NCBI RefSeq assembly: GCF_000014265.1
Contig: NC_008312.1
Span: 6,780,001 to 6,812,000, forward strand
DNA length: 32,000 bases
DNA from: Trichodesmium erythraeum IMS101
GTDB taxonomy: Bacteria; Cyanobacteriota; Cyanobacteriia; Cyanobacteriales; Microcoleaceae
Direction: 5' to 3'
In this document: positions 10,531-19,565 of the stretch, one piece after another
Layout: each line of letters begins with the position of its first letter
Numbering within the stretch: position 1 is the first letter of the stretch
The notes under the pieces: model-generated
Seen by the model: the letters and a program-made list of their open reading frames with translations, nothing else
Databases searched by the model: none
What the model was told of the DNA's origin: nothing
Translations under genes and position numbers: made by a program

Positions 10531-10568
10531 TAAAAAAAACAGTGGGACAGACTATCGCCTATCCCAGG
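10531..10568 (-). terminator. Intrinsic terminator candidate downstream of rbcS
   Basis: The minus-strand RNA contains the stem GGGAUA/UGUCCC (one U.G pair) with a 10-nt loop: CCUGGGAUAGGCGAUAGUCUGUCCCACUG. It is followed by UUUUUUUU and starts about 20 nt after the rbcS stop. Confidence 0.5.
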
Positions 10569-10586
10569 ATTTTCTAAATTAGTAAA

Positions 10587-10922
10587 TTAGTATCTTCTTT
10601 GATTAGGCTTGTGTACGATAAAGCTCAATACTTGACATTGCTTCACATTATCAAAACCCATTACACGAATAAAGCAGTCAGGATTTTCACTACGGCAAGC
10701 ATCAATTTCTACTAAAACTTCATCAATTGTTCTGGCTTGGAACAGAGGTAACTTCCACAAAGTCCAGTAGTGCATTTCTGCATCAGAAGACTCACTAAAC
10801 TCTACACCAGCAATAAACCCTTGATCCAAAATGTATTGTAGTTGTTTACGAATTTGAAGATCAGTTAGAGGAGGTAAATAGGAAAGGGTCTCGTAACGAC
10901 GCTCTTTTGGTAATGTTCTCAT
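10587..10922 (-). CDS. rbcS: RuBisCO small subunit
   Basis: 111 aa. [19 protein letters not shown]...QG....EF......YWT.WKLP.F is canonical cyanobacterial RbcS. It is the last gene of the rbcLXS cluster. Confidence 0.97.
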   Translation of the reverse strand: MRTLPKERRYETLSYLPPLTDLQIRKQLQYILDQGFIAGVEFSESSDAEMHYWTLWKLPLFQARTIDEVLVEIDACRSENPDCFIRVMGFDNVKQCQVLSFIVHKPNQRRY

Positions 10923-10953
10923 GTTTTTTTTTACTGTTTAATTAATGTACAAC

Positions 10954-11078
10954 CTGCTTCATTAAACTGATATAAAACATCACAATTAGTGAAATATTAA
11001 TGTTTACTTCCTGCTTCTGGTGTCGCTCTCGGCAGCACAATATCCACAGGCATCAACTTTCAACCTAACCGCATCTCT
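10954..11078 (-). promoter_or_regulatory. Conserved leader element upstream of rbcS (paralog of the rbcL leader element)
   Basis: It shares ordered blocks with 13194-13326: CTGCTTCAT, a TCAC..GTGA hairpin, TGTTTAnTTCCTGnTTCT, ATCCACAGG and ACCGCATnTCT. The last three blocks have identical spacing (41 and 67 nt) in both copies. Confidence 0.5.
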
Positions 11079-11095
11079 CACTATAAAAGTATGCT

Positions 11096-11482
11096 TTAAA
11101 GCTCATCAGTTCCTTGTTCAGGATCTAGACTAGGGTCAGCTATTTCCAGTTGCGTTATCTTCTCGAGATACCCACGACGATGTTCAATATTAGCTTTTTG
11201 AATGCTACTACGAACCATTTCCGGTAAATAATCAGCTACTTCCTCTGCCAAATGCTGTCGAACGGTCATCACTCTAAATGCTAATTCTTGATTTTCCTGA
11301 AGTAGCTCTTGTAGGTAAGCTTCTCCATCTTGAATTTTGCCTGTTGAGGAAAAACCACTTAACCAGATCCCTAAGGGAGGGTTCGTCTCTCGTAACTGAT
11401 TCGTTACAGTTCGTACAGCTTGGTAAGTTAGGTAGCTTGTTAGTACCTTTGCAGTATCTTTTGCAACTTTTTTTATATCCAT
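11096..11482 (-). CDS. rbcX: RuBisCO assembly chaperone RbcX
   Basis: 128 aa, located between rbcL and rbcS. AKDTAK.L.SYLTYQA.RTV..QL.ETNPPL..WL..FS and MTVR.H.AEE.A..LPEM match RbcX. Confidence 0.93.
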   Translation of the reverse strand: MDIKKVAKDTAKVLTSYLTYQAVRTVTNQLRETNPPLGIWLSGFSSTGKIQDGEAYLQELLQENQELAFRVMTVRQHLAEEVADYLPEMVRSSIQKANIEHRRGYLEKITQLEIADPSLDPEQGTDEL

Positions 11483-11554
11483 TTTTGACCAAAAAATAGG
11501 GTCTCAAATCTACCTTTTTCAACGAATGAAAAAAGTAAACTTCAGTATTTCTTG

Positions 11555-11574
11555 CCTTCTACTTTAGTAGAAGG
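11555..11574 (-). other. Intercistronic hairpin between rbcL and rbcX
   Basis: CCTTCTAC-TTTA-GTAGAAGG forms a perfect 8-bp stem. No U-tract follows on either strand, so it is more likely an mRNA stability or processing hairpin than a terminator. Confidence 0.4.
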
Positions 11575-11735
11575 TATTAATAACTGATATTTGATAACTG
11601 AAATGACCCTAGCCTGAACTTATGGTTAGACTTTAGATTTTAGATTAAGGATTGATTAATTTCTTCGTACTTAAGTTTGACGCAATTATCTATCTGTTGA
11701 CCTATTCAATCTAAAGTCTTCCATTTTCCATAGAC

Positions 11736-13166
11736 TTAGAGGGTGTCCATAGCCTCGAACTCGAACTTAATTTCTTTCCAGAGTTCACAAGCAACGGCCA
11801 AATCAGGAGACCACTTAGCAGCTTCACGAATTACATCGCCACCTTCACGGAACAAGTTGCGACCTTCGTTACGAGCTTGGATACAAGCTTCCAGAGCTAC
11901 ACGGTTAGCTGTTGCACCAGGAGCATTACCCCAAGGGTGGCCTAAAGTACCACCACCGAATTGTAAGCAGGAATCATCACCGAAGATTTCTACTAGAGCT
12001 GGCATATGCCAAACGTGAATACCACCAGAAGCTACTGGCATTACACCAGGCATAGAAGCCCAATCTTGAGTAAAGTAAATACCACGTTCCCGGTCTTGCT
12101 CAACGTGGTCTTCCCGCATTAAGTCTACAAAGCCCATTGTAATGCCTTTTTCACCTTCGAGCTTTCCAACCACAGTACCTGAGTGGAGGTGGTCACCACC
12201 AGACATTCTCAAGCACTTAGCTAAAACCCGGAAGTGAATACCGTGGGCTTTCTGACGGTCAATAACAGCGTGCATTGCCCGGTGAATGTGTAATAATACA
12301 CCATTACGACGGCACCATTTCGCTAGAGTTGTATTAGCTGTAAAACCACCTGTTAGATAGTCGTGCATAATGATTGGAGTACCAATCTCCTTAGCAAAAT
12401 CTGCACGCTCTAACATTTCTTCACAGGTAGGGGCAGTTACGTTGAGGTAGTGACCTTTAATTTCACCTGTTTCGGCTTGGGCCTTTTCAATAGCTTCTTG
12501 AGCGAATAGGAAGCGATCGCGCCAGCGCATGAAAGGTTGAGAGTTAATATTTTCGTCATCCTTGGTGAAGTCTAAGCCTCCACGTAAGCACTCATAAACT
12601 GCTCTACCGTAGTTCTTAGCGGATAAACCTAACTTAGGCTTAATAGTACAACCTAATAAAGGACGACCATATTTATTTAATTTATCACGCTCAACAGTAA
12701 TACCGTGAGGAGGGCCTTGGAAAGTCTTCAGGTAAGCAACTGGAATCCTTAAGTCTTCCAGACGTAGTGACCGTAGTGCTTTGAAACCAAATACGTTACC
12801 GACAATAGAGGTTAACATATTAGTTACAGAGCCTTCCTCAAATAAATCTAGAGGATAAGCTACATAGCAAATATATTGATTATCTTCACCAGGAACAGAT
12901 TCAATATCATAACAACGACCTTTGTAGCGATCAAGGTCAGTCAATAAGTCAGTCCATACTGTTGTCCAAGTACCAGTAGAAGATTCAGCAGCCACTGCAG
13001 CACCAGCTTCTTCTGGAGGAACTCCAGGTTGAGGACTCATACGGAAAGCTGCTAAAAGGTCTGTATCTTTTGGTATGTAATCAGGGGTATAGTAAGTCAG
13101 TTTATAGTCTTTTACTCCAGCCTGATACCCAGATTTAGACTGAGTTTGTGTTTTAGCGTAACTCAT
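11736..13166 (-). CDS. rbcL: RuBisCO large subunit, form IB
   Basis: 476 aa with unmistakable RbcL sequence, including [13 protein letters not shown] and [19 protein letters not shown]. Confidence 0.99.
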   Translation of the reverse strand: MSYAKTQTQSKSGYQAGVKDYKLTYYTPDYIPKDTDLLAAFRMSPQPGVPPEEAGAAVAAESSTGTWTTVWTDLLTDLDRYKGRCYDIESVPGEDNQYICYVAYPLDLFEEGSVTNMLTSIVGNVFGFKALRSLRLEDLRIPVAYLKTFQGPPHGITVERDKLNKYGRPLLGCTIKPKLGLSAKNYGRAVYECLRGGLDFTKDDENINSQPFMRWRDRFLFAQEAIEKAQAETGEIKGHYLNVTAPTCEEMLERADFAKEIGTPIIMHDYLTGGFTANTTLAKWCRRNGVLLHIHRAMHAVIDRQKAHGIHFRVLAKCLRMSGGDHLHSGTVVGKLEGEKGITMGFVDLMREDHVEQDRERGIYFTQDWASMPGVMPVASGGIHVWHMPALVEIFGDDSCLQFGGGTLGHPWGNAPGATANRVALEACIQARNEGRNLFREGGDVIREAAKWSPDLAVACELWKEIKFEFEAMDTL

Positions 13167-13193
13167 ATCTTAATTTTCCTAAGAATTTCTTTA

Positions 13194-13326
13194 CTGCTTC
13201 ATAAACTCATAAAGCTCATACAAAAAGTCACAAAAAGTGACAAATTGATGTTTAATTCCTGTTTCTACTGAGGCCGTTGACGGTTGCTCATCCACAGGTG
13301 TTAACGGTCAAGTAGACCGCATTTCT
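13194..13326 (-). promoter_or_regulatory. Conserved leader element upstream of rbcL (paralog of the rbcS leader element)
   Basis: It contains the same five ordered blocks as 10954-11078. The first block lies 28 nt from the rbcL start codon, compared with 32 nt for rbcS. Confidence 0.5.
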
Positions 13327-14195
13327 TGAGTGTATCTTGCATTGTATCTTAGATAGTATCAAGAATTGTAACTTTTTTACTTAAAAGATTTTTTTTTTAT
13401 TGATAACTTTTTTTAATCCTTTTGTTACATTTGTTGACTTTATCGTAGTAATAGTTATCAATAAATCAAGTGCATAATTACTTATTGACAAACAAACATA
13501 GATATGCACATCAAAACTTACTTCTGACAATAAGATTAAATACTCAGTGAGCTATTAAGTAAGCTATAAGGGATCATAAGAAAATAACATACTTAGGACA
13601 AACTCAAGACTCTGATGATTAACTAATCTCAGCAATTATACTTTGATGTTTTCTAGTAAGTATGACTAACGATTAAAGGAAATAATCGTTTTTTTCATAA
13701 ACAAAATCACCAGCCAATATAGCAACAAAAAAATCCCTAAATTAATTTTCATGGTGGGGTTAATTATTTAGCATCTATCTATTAATAACTATCCTGTGAA
13801 AATACTCAACTATCCTACATTTAATCTGCATTTTTTTACTACAAAAATAAAAGTTACCAAAATGGATTATTCTTAACTATAAAGATTTCCTTAATTTGAC
13901 TCGTACTAAGCAAATTAGATGTACGTTAGTGGAATGAAAAATATTTTTAGATCTGTTAAGGATAGATTGTTAAATCTAATCTCACATTCCCCAAATATAC
14001 TTGTAACGTTTAAAGTAGTATAAAAAAACCTAAGTATTTATACTATTATATTTATATTATATAAATCATCTTCATTGAGTAGATTCAGGAGGTCTAAAGT
14101 CTCCCCTTTCAAGGGAATAAAAAAAATAAATCTGCCCTTTAGCCTCTGCCTATTGAGGATTTCTTGCCTCCCTATTCCATTGAGGTAATGTAGCT

Positions 14196-14411
14196 ATTGA
14201 CTTTGGGGGAGTAAAACAAAGCAAACCCATCTAATTTGCTGATTCCTAATATATATTTTGAAAATCAAATAAAAGCCATAAATGGAAAGTCTTTTATCAA
14301 CAAGCGCCATAAAGCATGACTTCTTCAAAATTACCCCCTTTATAGACAAGATACGTTTGCCCTGGGGAGTGAAAAAATTGAATAATCATCAAATAAAACC
14401 CACAGAAACTA
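14196..14411 (+). pseudogene. Fragments of a Ser/Thr kinase paralog (DFG and catalytic-loop region), decayed
   Basis: 14196-14220 is 24/25 identical to 15878-15902 of the intact kinase, which encodes IDFGGVKQ. 14364-14411 is 38/48 identical, ungapped, to 15888-15935 (GVKKLNNHQIKPTET versus GGVKQMNNYRIKPTKT). 14223-14247 reads NPSNLLIP, resembling the kinase KPSNL catalytic loop. Stops and frame changes interrupt the region. Confidence 0.45.
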
Positions 14412-15229
14412 AGGGGGATGAGGGAAAAACCAAATGCTGAAACCTTAAACGGTCAATCTTTTCCTTTCTGCCTTTTAGCCTCTGCCTTTTGGTATATCTC
14501 CGAGTTTGGAACTGTGGGAATAACTTCTTATGTCTTCAGAAAGAATCTCTTGAGAAAGCGCTTCCATTTTATAATTATCCTTTCGGAACTGTTCTGAGAA
14601 ATCTAAGATTATCTACATAAATCTTTGAAGAGGCTCGCTTATATCAGTTCTATTTCTACTTCACCTTAGCAATGTCGAAATTATCCAGCTCCTCTAGTAC
14701 ACGCAGTCATTCGCAGAATGAGAAGCATACCTGTTTGTGAACTCCATTGCTAAATTTAACATCGTTTGTCGCTGATTTGAAGATGTATACATTAGGGAAA
14801 GTAACTCTATATATTCCTAATAATTGCCCTATTCTTGATGGCTACTTCCATATCCAACTAGTTATCAATTCTTGTCAGCTACTAATTTCATAGATGTTCT
14901 TTGTATTTTAATATATTAACCTACATTATTCTTTTATACTACACTTAGTAAAATTATCTAGCCTTTGTCAATTTGATAATAATTTTTAACATTTCTTAAA
15001 ATTTTCAGGAGAGATGGTCAGGGGGAATTTTGACAGAACACCTTTTGATAACCGGATGTTGTTATGAAATACCCGTTGTATTCTTTAATGAAACGCTATA
15101 TTAGTTTTGTGTAGCTAGGTTCGATCGAAAAAATTGGGTATAAAACTCTGCCTTTTAAGGCGAAATGTTTTTAAAGAGTTGCTCAAAATTTCTGTGACAA
15201 ACACAACTTCTAAATTCTAACTTCTGACA

Positions 15230-17050
15230 ATGACTGTACATCAGTCCCTATTATCAAAAATCCACTGTATAAACCCCCATTGTCCAAATCCAATCCAGAT
15301 ATGGGGCAATAAATTTTGCCAAAATTGTGGCACCCCTGTGCTACTCAAAGATCGCTACATTCCCCTGAGAAAAATAAGTAAAGGTGGTTTTGCCAACATC
15401 TATATTGTTTGGGACAAAAAAACTCAAACCGAACGTGTCCTAAAAGTATTACTAGAAACTTCCCCAAAAGCTCTTGAGTTGTTTGATCAGGAAGCTTGGG
15501 TTCTAGCAAATTTGAATCATTCTGGCATTCCCAAGGTGGAACCAGAAGACTATTTTCACCTCCGCAGGCGAAATAGTAAGTCAGAAGTTGGCCATTCTAG
15601 CCAATGTTTTTTGCCATGTTTGGTGATGGAAAAAATTGATGGTTGTACCCTAGAAGAAATTATCGAACAATATCCCCAAGGATGTCCCGATATTTATGTG
15701 ATCGACTGGCTTCTCCAAGCAATAGAAATTTTTAGGGAACTACACAACCGAAAAATTATTCACAGAGACATTAAACCATCTAATTTAATGTTACGAGGAT
15801 TGGAAATTTCCTCCCTGACAAAATTATCCCCAACTTTTTCTCATCATCAAAGAAAAAAGAGGGGTCAACTAATAGTAATTGACTTTGGGGGAGTGAAACA
15901 AATGAATAACTATAGAATCAAACCTACAAAAACTGTGCCAAAATGCAGTACAACTCGGTTAGTTTCCCCTGGATATAGTCCCCCAGAGCAAATTACTGGA
16001 GGTGAAATAGGTCCTTTTACAGATTTTTATGCTTTGGGTCGTACTTGCATTCATTTATTAACTGGTCAATATCCGACAGACTTGGAAGATCCCTCCACTG
16101 GTAAACTGAAGTGGCGACAGTTAAAGCCTGTGAATTCGACTTTGGCTAATTTACTTGATGATATGGTTAGTTTAGATGTATCTCAACGACCAGCTACGGC
16201 AGCAGAAGTTCAAGTCCGTTTAGCTAAAATTTATCGACAACAAAAGAGGTCTCTGGGAATATCTATTTTTGCTACAAGGATTAAAAATTTCCTGAAGCTT
16301 CAGTTGATCAACTTGGGTAAGAATATTAGTAGGCTGTATCTTACTGCATCTCAAATAGTTCATCAAATAGTTGCAGGTTGTGTAGATACATTTTGGGAAA
16401 TGATACTGGGAGGAGTCGGGGGAAGTCTTGGGGCGATATTCGGATTAATTTTTGCTTATTGGTCAGGAGTTGGCGATCGCTTTGCTGGTTTATTTTCTAA
16501 TTTTTTGTTTCTGGTGTCAGATGTTCCTTTAACTATTGGTCCGGAAATAGTTGTCTTTGGTTTGGCAGGCTTAGGGACGGGAGTTGGTTTAACTGATGTG
16601 GGAGGTTTTGGTCAGCGTCGTCGTTATTGGTTGGCTGCATTTGTGGGAATTATTGGTTATATTTTAGGTGGGTTATGTTGGCAATTTTCTCAAGTTGCTA
16701 ACAGTGTCTATACGACAACAGAGGATTTAATTATTCTAGAAATTATGGGTAAGTTGTCTGTGGGAGTAGCGACTGGTGTTATTACTCTGGGTTTAGGTTT
16801 AAGAAGGTATCATTCGGTTTATGCTTTGTTGGTTGCTGGTTTGACAGCGATCGTTTTTGTTGGTTTTGAGCAATTAAATATATTTCCAAAGCTATTTTTA
16901 GAGTTTATTGTGGTGAGTCAAAGTCAGCCTAGTTTATTAGAATTTTTTGCTAGTATAAGTTTTTTTGGTTTATTAGGTTGTATTGCTGGTTTTTGTCTGG
17001 GTGTAAGTCATTATATTATTGTTCCTCTTTTACAGAGATTAGGTTTATAG
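15230..17050 (+). CDS. Ser/Thr protein kinase with an N-terminal zinc ribbon and a C-terminal polytopic Gly-rich membrane domain
   Basis: 606 aa. The zinc ribbon is CINPHC...CQNCG. Hanks kinase motifs are present: the VLKV lysine, IHRDIKPSNLML, IDFGG, SPGYSPPEQ and DFYALG. The last ~250 aa contain about 6-8 hydrophobic helices. Confidence 0.9.
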   Translation: MTVHQSLLSKIHCINPHCPNPIQIWGNKFCQNCGTPVLLKDRYIPLRKISKGGFANIYIVWDKKTQTERVLKVLLETSPKALELFDQEAWVLANLNHSGIPKVEPEDYFHLRRRNSKSEVGHSSQCFLPCLVMEKIDGCTLEEIIEQYPQGCPDIYVIDWLLQAIEIFRELHNRKIIHRDIKPSNLMLRGLEISSLTKLSPTFSHHQRKKRGQLIVIDFGGVKQMNNYRIKPTKTVPKCSTTRLVSPGYSPPEQITGGEIGPFTDFYALGRTCIHLLTGQYPTDLEDPSTGKLKWRQLKPVNSTLANLLDDMVSLDVSQRPATAAEVQVRLAKIYRQQKRSLGISIFATRIKNFLKLQLINLGKNISRLYLTASQIVHQIVAGCVDTFWEMILGGVGGSLGAIFGLIFAYWSGVGDRFAGLFSNFLFLVSDVPLTIGPEIVVFGLAGLGTGVGLTDVGGFGQRRRYWLAAFVGIIGYILGGLCWQFSQVANSVYTTTEDLIILEIMGKLSVGVATGVITLGLGLRRYHSVYALLVAGLTAIVFVGFEQLNIFPKLFLEFIVVSQSQPSLLEFFASISFFGLLGCIAGFCLGVSHYIIVPLLQRLGL

Positions 17051-17102
17051 TATAATAAGGAATCAGAAATTTAGAATAAAATAAATAAGCATTCAGCTAG
17101 CA

Positions 17103-17830
17103 GAATTATTAATTCTATAAATCTGTTATAGCTGAATATTTTTTAATTGTTGAAATTCTGTTTATTCCTCTTCTTGCTATTGAAATTTAACAGGTTATTT
17201 GTCAGTGTTATATTTCTTATATTTTCCATATTTTGCACCTGTTTATACAGCTAATTTAGTAGCAAAATTATTAATTATATAAATCGGTTTTGGCTGGATA
17301 TTTTCTAATGGTTAAAGTTCTGTTTTTTCCTATTCTTAATCTTGAGATTTAACAGATTATTTATCAGGGCTGTCTTTCTCATATTTTCGATATTTTACAC
17401 CTGATTATGCAGCCAGTTTAGTAGTAGAATTATTAATTATATAAATCGGTTCTGGCTGAATATTTTCTAATAGTTAAAGTTCTGTTTTTTCCTGTTCTTG
17501 CTCTTGAGATTTAACAGATTCTTCCTCAGGGTTGTCTTTCCCATATTCTTTATACTTTTTACCTGGTTCTGCAGCCAGTTTAGTAGTAGAATTATTAATT
17601 CTATAAATCGGTTCTGGCTGAATATTTTCTAATGGTTGAAGTTCTGTTTTTTCCTGGTCTTGCTCTTGAGATTTAGCAAATTTTTGGTTGGGCAAGTTAT
17701 CCTCTGGAGTTTTTACATCATTTTCTTTCTCATAATCCCATTTTACTCCAGGTTCAGCTACAGCTTGAGCGGCTGGATTATTAATTTCATAATTAGGTTC
17801 TGGTTTAATAATTTCTAACTGCTGAACAAC
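17103..17830. repeat. 162-bp tandem repeat, about 4.5 units (one unit is 186 bp), spanning the helicase 3' coding end and the downstream non-coding DNA
   Basis: The unit anchor GAATTATTAATT (or a variant) occurs at 17103, 17265, 17427, 17589 and 17775. The periods are 162, 162, 162 and 186 bp, all multiples of 3. Confidence 0.85.
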
Positions 17831-19246
17831 GGAATTTTCCTGTTTTTCATCTTGATCTTGATGAGACTTTTTCCTCTTAATTCCAGCTCTACGTCTGCGA
17901 GAAGTCTGCTCTTCAGTAGTATTTTCTGTAACAACTTCATACAAAATTGCTAACTTATTTTTATCACTACCTCGACGCAAAACTCGACCTAACCTTTGAA
18001 TATATTCTCGTTCGCTACCTGTACCAGACAAAATAACTGCTACCCTCGCATCTGGAACATCAACACCTTCATTTAAAACATGAGAAGCTACAATAGTTTT
18101 ATATTCCCCAGTCCGAAATTTACTTAAAACTTCATGGCGTTCTTTTACAGGTGTTTGATGAGTAATTGCCGGGATTAAAAAGTCATGGGAAATTCGATAA
18201 ACTGTAGTATTATCAGCTGTAAAAATTAAGGTACGTTCTGGGAAATGTTGAACCAGTAAATTACTTAAAGTTCGCAATTTTCCCTCAGTACCAAGAGCAA
18301 TTTCTTTAGCTTGACGGTGAGCTAGCATTGCTCGACGACCAGCAGTAGAACGAGCACTCGCTATAACAAAGTTTTTCCAACCATTTACCCCACCTAATTT
18401 AATATTTGCCTGTGTTAAAAAGTCATTTCTAATTATCATTAACTTGTTATATTCTTCACGCTCTTGTGGCGATAGTTTAACCATTATTTGCACGATTTTA
18501 TGGTCAGCTAAGGCGCTACCTGCTAACTCTTCAGGAGTTTTGCTAAAAACGGTAGGTCCAATTAAATAATTTAGGTCAGAATGACGACCATCGGAACGGT
18601 TAGGGGTAGCGGTAAGACCGAGGCGATAAGGAGAGATCGCGTATTCGGCTATCACCCGATAAAAATCAGTGGGCAAGTGGTGGCATTCATCGAAAACTAA
18701 TAGAGCATATTTATTTCCGATCGTCTCGGCATGAATAGTTGCACTATCGTAAGTTGCTACTAAAATTGGTGTTTTATCCCTAGAACCACCTCCGAGCAAC
18801 CCTACCTCTACATCGGGAAACGCTGCGTTTAAATGTGCATACCATTGGTGCATTAAATCTAGGGTAGGCACTACTACAAGGGTACTGCGGGGAGTTGCCT
18901 GCATTGCTAGTTGTGCCAAATATGTTTTACCCGAAGCAGTGGGGAGGATAACAACTCCATTTCTATTATTTTGTTTCCAAGCTTTTAATGCAGCTTCCTG
19001 ATGGGGGTAGGGTAGCATCTCGAAACTAGGAATGAGCTCAAGAGGTGCAAACTCTTTAGCTTTGTCAATAAAGTCGATTTTTTCTGCTTTTAACAATTCT
19101 ACTAAAGGCCGATAGTCTATTGCCCTAACCCGGAATTTTTCTACCCGGTCATCCCAGGTAGCGTAGTCTATCCAAGTTTTTCCCTGGGGTGGGGGATGGA
19201 GGATAAGAGTCCCGCGATCGAATGAGATAGTTGGTTTACGATACAT
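17474..19246 (-). CDS. XPB/Ssl2(Rad25)-like superfamily-2 DNA helicase with a repetitive K/E/Q-rich C-terminal tail
   Basis: 590 aa. The N-terminus ISFDRGTLIL...WDDRVEKFRVRAIDYRPLVE resembles the XPB damage-recognition domain. It has motif I LPTASGKT, motif II FDECHH, motif III LGLTATP and motif VI QRLGRVLR. The tail (about aa 455-590) is encoded by the 162-bp repeat. Confidence 0.9.
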   Translation of the reverse strand: MYRKPTISFDRGTLILHPPPQGKTWIDYATWDDRVEKFRVRAIDYRPLVELLKAEKIDFIDKAKEFAPLELIPSFEMLPYPHQEAALKAWKQNNRNGVVILPTASGKTYLAQLAMQATPRSTLVVVPTLDLMHQWYAHLNAAFPDVEVGLLGGGSRDKTPILVATYDSATIHAETIGNKYALLVFDECHHLPTDFYRVIAEYAISPYRLGLTATPNRSDGRHSDLNYLIGPTVFSKTPEELAGSALADHKIVQIMVKLSPQEREEYNKLMIIRNDFLTQANIKLGGVNGWKNFVIASARSTAGRRAMLAHRQAKEIALGTEGKLRTLSNLLVQHFPERTLIFTADNTTVYRISHDFLIPAITHQTPVKERHEVLSKFRTGEYKTIVASHVLNEGVDVPDARVAVILSGTGSEREYIQRLGRVLRRGSDKNKLAILYEVVTENTTEEQTSRRRRAGIKRKKSHQDQDEKQENSVVQQLEIIKPEPNYEINNPAAQAVAEPGVKWDYEKENDVKTPEDNLPNQKFAKSQEQDQEKTELQPLENIQPEPIYRINNSTTKLAAEPGKKYKEYGKDNPEEESVKSQEQEQEKTEL

Positions 19247-19565
19247 TATAGGGTTTTCAAGTTAAAAGTCAGGAGTGAAAAGTTAAAAGTCATGAACTTT
19301 AACGCTATAGTAATTTTAGGAAATTATTGGACATCTAAAGTTTGAAACTATTTGTAACATTCTTTTTTCAAGTTAGTATTATACCATTTTAATAAAGTTA
19401 TCTGGAAAACCCTTGTATTTATTGGTAGCTGCTACTAACTTTTCCACAGTATCAGCTTGCATGGCTTCGACTATATCTAGTTCATGTCTCCACTGGTGAT
19501 ATTTTATGACAGCTTCTTCTAATCTATTTCGCTCAGCATCAGGTAAGGAAGGATTATTTAGATAA

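Noticed and set aside
11743-12018. 91-aa plus-strand ORF inside rbcL, plus the ORFs 11274..11522(-) and 11278..11499(+) overlapping rbcX
   Set aside because: These are antisense or alternative frames of very well-supported genes. They are typical shadow ORFs.
13272-13312. Stem GGCCGTTGAC / GTTAACGGTC flanking the ATCCACAGG block in the rbcL leader, as evidence for a conserved RNA fold
   Set aside because: In the rbc mRNA sense the stem has two A.C mismatches, and it pairs better on the antisense strand. The rbcS copy has no equivalent stem. I therefore do not claim a shared secondary structure, only shared linear blocks.
15105-15135. tRNA-like T-arm string GGTTCGATCGAA
   Set aside because: The flanking sequence cannot form acceptor, D or anticodon arms. 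I found no tRNA, rRNA, tmRNA, RNase P or SRP RNA signatures anywhere in the window.
17103-17830. Considered whether the 162-bp array, and the 119-bp array at 28283-28640, could be CRISPR arrays
   Set aside because: The units are contiguous with no unique spacers, are far longer than CRISPR repeats, and are not palindromic in the usual way. No cas genes are present.
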